The notes beneath the pieces are model-generated. The model was not told where the DNA came from. It saw only the letters and a program-made list of their open reading frames with translations, and searched no databases. A stretch of DNA of 20,716 nucleotides from Psammoneis japonica (taxonomy: Eukaryota). Positions 18,401-20,716 of this stretch are shown here, piece by piece. How positions within the stretch are numbered: the stretch's first letter is position 1; every line of letters starts with the position of its first letter. Where the stretch lies: the NCBI GenBank assembly GCA_008632985.1, contig QPGO01000001.1, positions 1,148,404 to 1,169,119 on the forward strand, read 5' to 3'. A program made the position numbers and the translations under genes.

Positions 18401-20716
18401 CATCAATGTGGGAAAACTCGTTACCTGGACTTACACCGTCACCAACCTGGGCAGTGAGCCTCTCACCAATATCACGGTACGGGACAGCGAGGGAGGACCG
18501 GTTCCAAACCTCCTCCGTGGTGATTCAAACGGGGACGGAAACTTGGATCCGACCGAAACGTGGGTGTACGAGGCATACGGCACCGCGATGAGGGGGTGTT
18601 CGACAACACCGGATCGACTTCGGCCCTGCTCAACGGCCAGCCGGTCAAAATTCAGACCCTTCGTCTTATTATGGGTGAATGCATCTATCTTGATTGACAC
18701 AGTGACCAACGGAGAGGACGATTGGACGTTGATAGTGGGGAGGCCGTCACGTGGAAGTACACAGTGACCAACAACTGGCAACTTTGAACTTTCCAACGTT
18801 ACTGTAGAAGACAGCGTAAGGGGTGCGATCACCAACCGGGTTTCGGGAGATTAGACAATGATGGAAAGCTTGATGTGTTTGAAACGTGGATCTTCGAGGA
18901 CTACGGGAATCGCACAAGTCGGTGTCTACAAAACACCGGATCGACCGAGGCTACAGCGAACGGAAAGAAGGTTGACGATTCGACCCCACCTCGTATGTCG
19001 GTTTACAGACTTCGGTGTCACCTTCTGATGCTCCAACGAACGCGCCAACAGACACACCGAGTTCTCGTCCTTCATTCGCACCAACAAAGTATCCGACGGG
19101 CATTCCTAGTGAGGATCCTTCAGCTGCACCATCTTCGAGCGAATCTCCTAGTAGGATGCCTGTCGCTGCCCCATCCCGAGCACCATCGGCAAGACCGACT
19201 CTGCTCCATCCTCAGACGCTAGCGACAAACCGACTACATCACCGACGCTTTCTCCGTCCATTGGAATCGACACAGTAGCTAACGCCAGACGGGCCAACAT
19301 CAATGTGGGAAAACTCGTTACCTGGACTTACACCGTCACAACCTGGCAGTGAGCCTCTCACCAATATCACGGTTCGGGACAGCGAGGGAGGACCGTTACC
19401 AACCTCCTCCGTGGTGATTCAAACGGGGACGGAAACTTGGATCCGACCGAAACGTGGGTGTACGAGGCCTACGGCACCGCCGAAGAGGGGGTGGTCGAAC
19501 ACACTGGATCGACGTCGGCCCTGTCCAACGGCCAAGCAGTGAATGCCTCGACGCTACATTTTTTTTGGCGTGAACGCATCTATCTTGATTGACACAGTGA
19601 CCAACGGTTACGATGGATTGAACATCGATAATGGAAAGAACGTCACGTGGAAGTACACAGTGACCAACACAGGCAACTTTGAACTTTCCAATGTTATGTG
19701 GAAGACAGCGTAAGGGGTACGATCACCAACCTTGTTTCGGGAGATTCAGACAAAGACGGAAAGCTTGATTTGTTTGAACGTGGATCTTCGAGGACTACGG
19801 AATAGCACAAGTCGGTCTACAACAACACCGGATCGGCCGAGGCCAGCAGCGAATGGAAAGACGGTGGAAGCATCTGAATTCCACGTCTTATTATGGCGTG
19901 AACGCGTCATCGGAATCGACACAGTAACTAACGGCCAGACGGGCCAACATCAATTGTTGGAGAACTGCGTTACCTGGACTTACACCGTCACCAACCTGGC
20001 AGTGAGCCTCTCACCAATATCACGGTTCGGGACAGCGAGGGAGGACCGGTTACCAACCTCCTCCGTGGTGATTCAAACGGGGACGGAAAGTTGGATCCGA
20101 CCGAAACGTGGGTGTACGAGGCATACGGACCGCCGATGAGGGGGTGTTCGATAACCACGGATCGACTTCGGCCCTGCTCAACGGCCAGCCGGTCGAATAA
20201 TTCAGACCCTTCGTCTTATTATGGCGTGAATGCATCTATCTTGATTGACACAGTGACCAACGGAGAGGACGGATTGGACGTTGATAGTGGAGGCCGTCAC
20301 GTGGAAGTACACAGTGACCAACACTGGCACTTTGAACTTTCCAACGTTACTGTAGAAGACAGCGTAAGGGGTGCGATCACCAACCGAGTTTCGGGAGATT
20401 TAGACAATGATGGAAAGCTTGATGTGTTTGAACGTGGATCTTCGAGGACTTCGAATCGCACAAGTCGGTGTCTACACAACACCGGATCGACGAGGCTACA
20501 GCGAACGGAAAGAAGGTTGACGATTCCGGACCCACCTCGTATGTCGTTTACAGACTTCGGTGTCACCTTCTGATGCTCCAACGAACGCGCCAACAGACAC
20601 ACCGAGTTCTCGTCCTTCATTCGCACCAACAAAGATCCGACGGGCATTCCTAGTGAGGATCTTCAGCTGCATCTAGAGCGAATCTCCTAGTAGGATGCCT
20701 GTCGCTGCCCATCCCG
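1..20716 (+). CDS. Giant repetitive extracellular/adhesin-like protein, internal fragment (both ends outside the window; ~6,900 aa here; 58 complete Ig-like domains and 6 Pro/Ser/Thr linkers), interrupted by probable sequencing frameshifts
   Basis: ORFs 92..1165, 1060..2484, 2379..3965, 4034..16051, 15933..18767 and the fragments after 18.8 kb all encode the same repeat protein and join across small indels (~111, ~400, ~433, ~1008, ~2370, ~3954, ~16006, many after ~18586). The listed 'starts' are internal TTG/GTG codons or out-of-frame codons. Recurrent differences between copies are largely at third codon positions. Confidence 0.9.
4034..16051 (+). CDS. Longest uninterrupted segment (4005 aa) of the giant repeat protein; not an independent gene
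   Basis: Stop-free frame of about 12 kb, bounded by a 1-nt deletion at ~3954 (tcaacgtt vs tcaaacgtt) and a 1-nt insertion at ~16006 (ggtttcgg vs ggttcgg). Confidence 0.9.
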   Translation: MDETWIFEDNGIAQVGVYNNTGSTEATANGKKVDDSDPTSYYGVNASIGIDTVTNGQDGPNINVGEPVTWTYTVKNLGNEPLTNITVRDSEGGPVTNLLRGDSNGDGNLDPTETWVYEAYGTADEGVYNNTGSTSALSNGQPVNATDPTSYFGVNASILIDTVTNGYDGLDIDKGKNVTWKYTVTNGGNFELSNVTVEDSVRGAITNLVSGDSDNDGKLDLDETWIFEDYGIAQVGVYNNTGSTEATANGKKVDDSDPTSYYGVNASIGIDTVTNGQDGPNINVGEPVTWTYTVKNLGNEPLTNITVRDSEGGPVTNLLRGDSNGDGNLDPTETWVYEAYGTADEGVYNNTGSTSALSNGQPVNATDPTSYFGVNASILIDTVTNGYDGLDIDKGKNVTWKYTVTNGGNFELSNVTVEDSVRGAITNLVSGDSDNDGKLDLDETWIFEDYGIAQVGVYNNTGSTEATANGKKVDDSDPTSYYGVNASIGIDTVTNGQDGPNINVGEPVTWTYTVKNLGNEPLTNITVRDSKGGPVTNLLRGDSNGDGNLDPTETWVYEAYGIADEGVYNNTGSTSALSNGQPVNATDPTSYFGVNASILIDTVTNGYDGLDIDKGKNVTWKYTVTNGGNFELSNVTVEDSVRGAITNLVSGDSDNDGKLDLDETWIFEDNGIAQVGVYNNTGSTEATANGKKVDDSDPTSYYGVNASIGIDTVTNGQDGPNINVGEPVTWTYTVKNLGNEPLTNITVRDSEGGPVTNLLRGDSNGDGNLDPTETWVYEAYGTADEGVYNNTGSTSALSNGQPVNATDPTSYFGVNASILIDTVTNGYDGLDIDKGKNVTWKYTVTNGGNFELSNVTVEDSVRGAITNLVSGDSDNDGKLDLDETWIFEDYGIAQVGVYNNTGSTEATANGKKVDDSDPTSYYGVNASIGIDTVTNGQDGPNINVGEPVTWTYTVKNLGNEPLTNITVRDSEGGPVTNLLRGDSNGDGNLDPTETWVYEAYGTADEGVYNNTGSTSALSNGQPVNATDPTSYFGVNASILIDTVTNGYDGLDIDKGKNVTWKYTVTNGGNFELSNVTVEDSVRGAITNLVSGDSDNDGKLDLDETWIFEDYGIAQIGVYNNTGSTEATANGKKVDDSDPTSYYGVNASIGIDTVTNGQDGPNINVGEPVTWTYTVKNLGNEPLTNITVRDSEGGPVTNLLRGDSNGDGNLDPTETWVYEAYGTADEGVYNNTGSTSALSNGQPVNATDPTSYFGVNASILIDTVTNGYDGLDIDKGKNVTWKYTVTNGGNFELSNVTVEDSVRGAITNLVSGDSDNDGKLDLDETWIFEDYGIAQVGVYNNTGSTEATANGKKVDDSDPTSYYGVNASIGIDTVTNGQDGPNINVGEPVTWTYTVRNLGNEPLTNITVRDSEGGPVTNLLRGDSNGDGNLDPTETWVYEAYGTADEGVYNNTGSTSALSNGQPVNATDPTSYFGVNASILIDTVTNGYDGLDIDKGKNVTWKYTVTNGGNFELSNVTVEDSVRGAITNLVSGDSDNDGKLDLDETWIFEDNGIAQVGVYNNTGSTEATANGKKVDDSDPTSYYGVNASIGIDTVTNGQDGPNINVGEPVTWTYTVKNLGNEPLTNITVRDSEGGPVTNLLRGDSNGDGNLDPTETWVYEVYGTADEGVYNNTGSTSALSNGQPVNATDPTSYFGVNASILIDTVTNGYDGLDIDKGKNVTWKYTVTNGGNFELSNVTVEDSVRGAITNLVSGDSDNDGKLDLDETWIFEDYGIAQVGVYNNTGSTEATANGKKVDDSDPTSYYGVNASIGIETVTNGQDGPNINVGEPVTWTYTVKNLGNEPLTNITVRDSKGGPVTNLLRGDSNGDGNLDPTETWVYEVYGTADEGVYNNTGSTSALSNGQPVNATDPTSYFGVNASILIDTVTNGYDGLDIDKGKNVTWKYTVTNGGNFELSNVTVEDSVTGAITNLVSGDSDNDGKLDLDETWIFEDYGIAQVGVYNNTGSTEATANGKKVDDSDPTSYYGVNASIGIDTATNGQDGPNINVGEPVTWTYTVKNLGNEPLTNITVRDSEGGPVTNLLRGDSNGDGNLDPTETWVYGVYGTADEGVYNNTGSTSALSNGQPVNATDPTSYFGVNASILIDTVTNGYDGLDIDKGKNVTWKYTVTNGGNFELSNVTVEDSVRGAITNLVSGDSDNDGKLDLDETWIFEDYGIAQVGVYNNTGSTEATANGKKVDDSDPTSYYGVNASIGIDTVTNGQDGPNINVGEPVTWTYTVKNLGNEPLTNITVRDSEGGQVTNLLRGDSNGDGNLDPTETWVYEAYGTANEGVYNNTGSTSALSNGQPVNATDPTSYFGVNASILIDTVTNGYDGLDIDKGKNVTWKYTVTNGGNFELSNVTVEDSVRGAITNLVSGDSDNDGKLDLDETWIFEDYGIAQVGVYNNTGSTEATANGKKVDDSDPTSYYGVNASIGIDTVTNGQDGPNINVGEPVTWTYTVKNLGNEPLTNITVRDSEGGPVTNLLRGDSNGDGNLDPTETWVYEAYGIADEGVYNNTGSTSALSNGQPVNATDPTSYFGVNASILIDTVTNGYDGLDIDKGKNVTWKYTVTNGGNFELSNVTVEDSVRGAITNLVSGDSDNDGKLDLDETWIFEDYGIAQVGVYNNTGSTEATANGKKVDDSDPTSYYGVNASIGIDTVTNGQDGPSINVGEPVTWTYTVKNLGNEPLTNITVRDSEGGPVTNLLRGDSNGDGNLDPTETWVYEVYGTADEGVYNNTGSTSALSKGQPVNATDSTSYFGVNASILIDTVTNGYDGLNIDNGKNVTWKYTVTNTGNIELSNVTVEDSVRGTITNLVSGDSDKDGKLDLFETWIFEDYGIAQVGVYNNTGSAEATANGKTVEASDSTSYYGVNASIGIDTETNGQDGPNINVGELVTWTYTVTNLGSEPLTNITVRDSEGGPVTNLLRGDSNGDGNLDPTETWVYEAYGTADEGVFDNTGSTSALLNGQPVNNSDPSSYYGVNASILIDTVTNGEDGLDVDSGEAVTWKYTVTNTGNFELSNVTVEDSVRGTITNRVSGDLDNDGKLDVFETWIFEDYGIAQVGVYNNTGSTEATANGKKVDDSDPTSYVGLQTSVSPSDAPTNAPTDTPSSRPSLTPTKYPTGIPSQDPSAAPSSSESPSRMPVAAPSRAPSAEPTLLPSSDPSDKPTTSPTLSPSIGIDTVTNGQDGPNINVGEPVTWTYTVKNLGSEPLTNITVRDSEGGPVTNLLRGDSNGDGNLDPTETWVYEAYGTADEGVYNNTGSTSALSNGQPVNATDPTSYFGVNASILIDTVTNGYDGLNIDNGKNVTWKYTVTNTGNFELSNVTVEDSVRGTITNLVSGDSDKDGKLDLFETWIFEDYGIAQVGVYNNTGSAEATANGKTVEASDSTSYYGVNASIGIDTVTNGQDGPNINVGELVTWTYTVTNLGSEPLTNITVRDSEGGPVTNLLRGDSNGDGNLDPTETWVYEAYGTADEGVFDNTGSTSALLNGQPVNNSDPSSYYGVNASILIDTVTNGEDGLDVDSGEAVTWKYTVTNTGNFELSNVTVEDSVRGTITNRVSGDLDNDGKLDVFETWIFEDYGIAQVGVYNNTGSTEATANGKKVDDSDPTSYVGLQTSVSPSDAPTNAPTDTPSSRPSFAPTKYPTGIPSEDPSAAPSSSESPSRMPVAAPSRAPSAEPTLLPSSDPSDKPTTSPTLSPSIGIDTVANGQDGPNINVGELVTWTYTVTNLGSEPLTNITVRDSEGGPVTNLLRGDSNGDGNLDPTETWVYEAYGTAEEGVVDNTGSTSALSNGQAVNASDATFYFGVNASILIDTVTNGYDGLNIDNGKNVTWKYTVTNTGNFELSNVTVEDSVRGTITNLVSGDSDKDGKLDLFETWIFEDYGIAQVGVYNNTGSAEATANGKTVEASDSTSYYGVNASIGIDTVTNGQDGPNINVGELVTWTYTVTNLGSEPLTNITVSGQRGRTGYQPPPW
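13403..13657 (+). repeat. Pro/Ser/Thr-rich linker copy 1 (85 aa, P-[S/T]-x-x tetrads)
   Basis: Translates to LQTSVS-PSDA-PTNA-PTDT-PSSR-PSLT-PTKY-PTGI-PSQD-PSAA-PSSSES-PSRM-PVAA-PSRA-PSAE-PTLL-PSSD-PSDK-PTTS-PTLS-P. Confidence 0.95.
14969..15223 (+). repeat. Pro/Ser/Thr-rich linker copy 2
   Basis: Same as copy 1 except PSFA and PSED. Confidence 0.95.
16536..16790 (+). repeat. Pro/Ser/Thr-rich linker copy 3
   Basis: Same protein sequence as copy 2, within ORF 15933..18767. Confidence 0.95.
18102..18356 (+). repeat. Pro/Ser/Thr-rich linker copy 4
   Basis: Same protein sequence as copy 2, within ORF 15933..18767. Confidence 0.95.
19003..19256 (+). repeat. Pro/Ser/Thr-rich linker copy 5 (with probable read errors)
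   Basis: ORF 19015..19278 reads SPSDAPTNAPTDTPSSRPSFAPTKYP... before a frameshift. Confidence 0.9.
20548..20716 (+). repeat. Pro/Ser/Thr-rich linker copy 6 (partial, error-rich, cut by the window end)
   Basis: Nucleotide match ttacagacttcggtgtcaccttctgatgctcc... continuing to the end of the window. Confidence 0.88.

Larger units (their letters stand above)
12083..20716 (+). repeat. 1,566-bp higher-order coding repeat (522 aa: A, B', A', B'' domains plus Pro/Ser/Thr linker); 6 copies, the fifth lacking two domains and the sixth truncated by the window end
   Basis: Linker starts (ttacagacttcggtg) at 13403, 14969, 16536, 18102, 19003 and ~20548. Spacings are 1566, 1567, 1566, 901 and ~1545. 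1566 = 4x330 + 246. Confidence 0.96.

Noticed and set aside
228..20653. Many short alternative-frame and minus-strand ORFs (MTQSLTAK..., MRSPTWFRE..., MAVSDCVNA..., MHSRQSK..., MDRADVDP..., MMLGPSW...)
   Set aside because: These are shadows of the main frame that recur because the DNA repeats. Variant sites that are silent in the main frame change amino acids in these ORFs or make them appear and disappear between copies.
1..20716. CRISPR array or non-coding satellite
   Set aside because: Units are 330, 660 and 1566 bp, all multiples of 3, with no unique spacers, and they keep a 12-kb open frame. No cas genes are present.

Overview
The whole 20.7 kb window is the interior of one giant + strand repeat-protein gene. 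No start, stop, signal peptide, anchor or intron is visible, and the window alone encodes about 6,900 aa. It has 58 complete 110-aa beta-rich, DUF11/DUF7507-like Ig-type domains plus one partial domain. From 1 to ~12,400 the domains alternate A-B (68/110 aa identical to each other) as a near-perfect 660-bp tandem array with 18 complete units at 209-12082. From 12,083 to the end the array becomes a 1,566-bp higher-order unit: four diverged domains plus an 85-aa Pro-(Ser/Thr)-x-x linker, in six copies, one of which lacks 660 bp. Every intact domain carries a 12-residue EF-hand-like Dx[DN]xDG..E loop and several N-glycosylation sequons. The linker style suggests a diatom/stramenopile host carrying a prokaryote-type adhesin domain (inference). 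The scattered 1-nt frameshifts cluster at the window ends and mostly in short homopolymers, so they look like long-read errors. No RNA genes, CRISPR arrays or mobile elements are supported.
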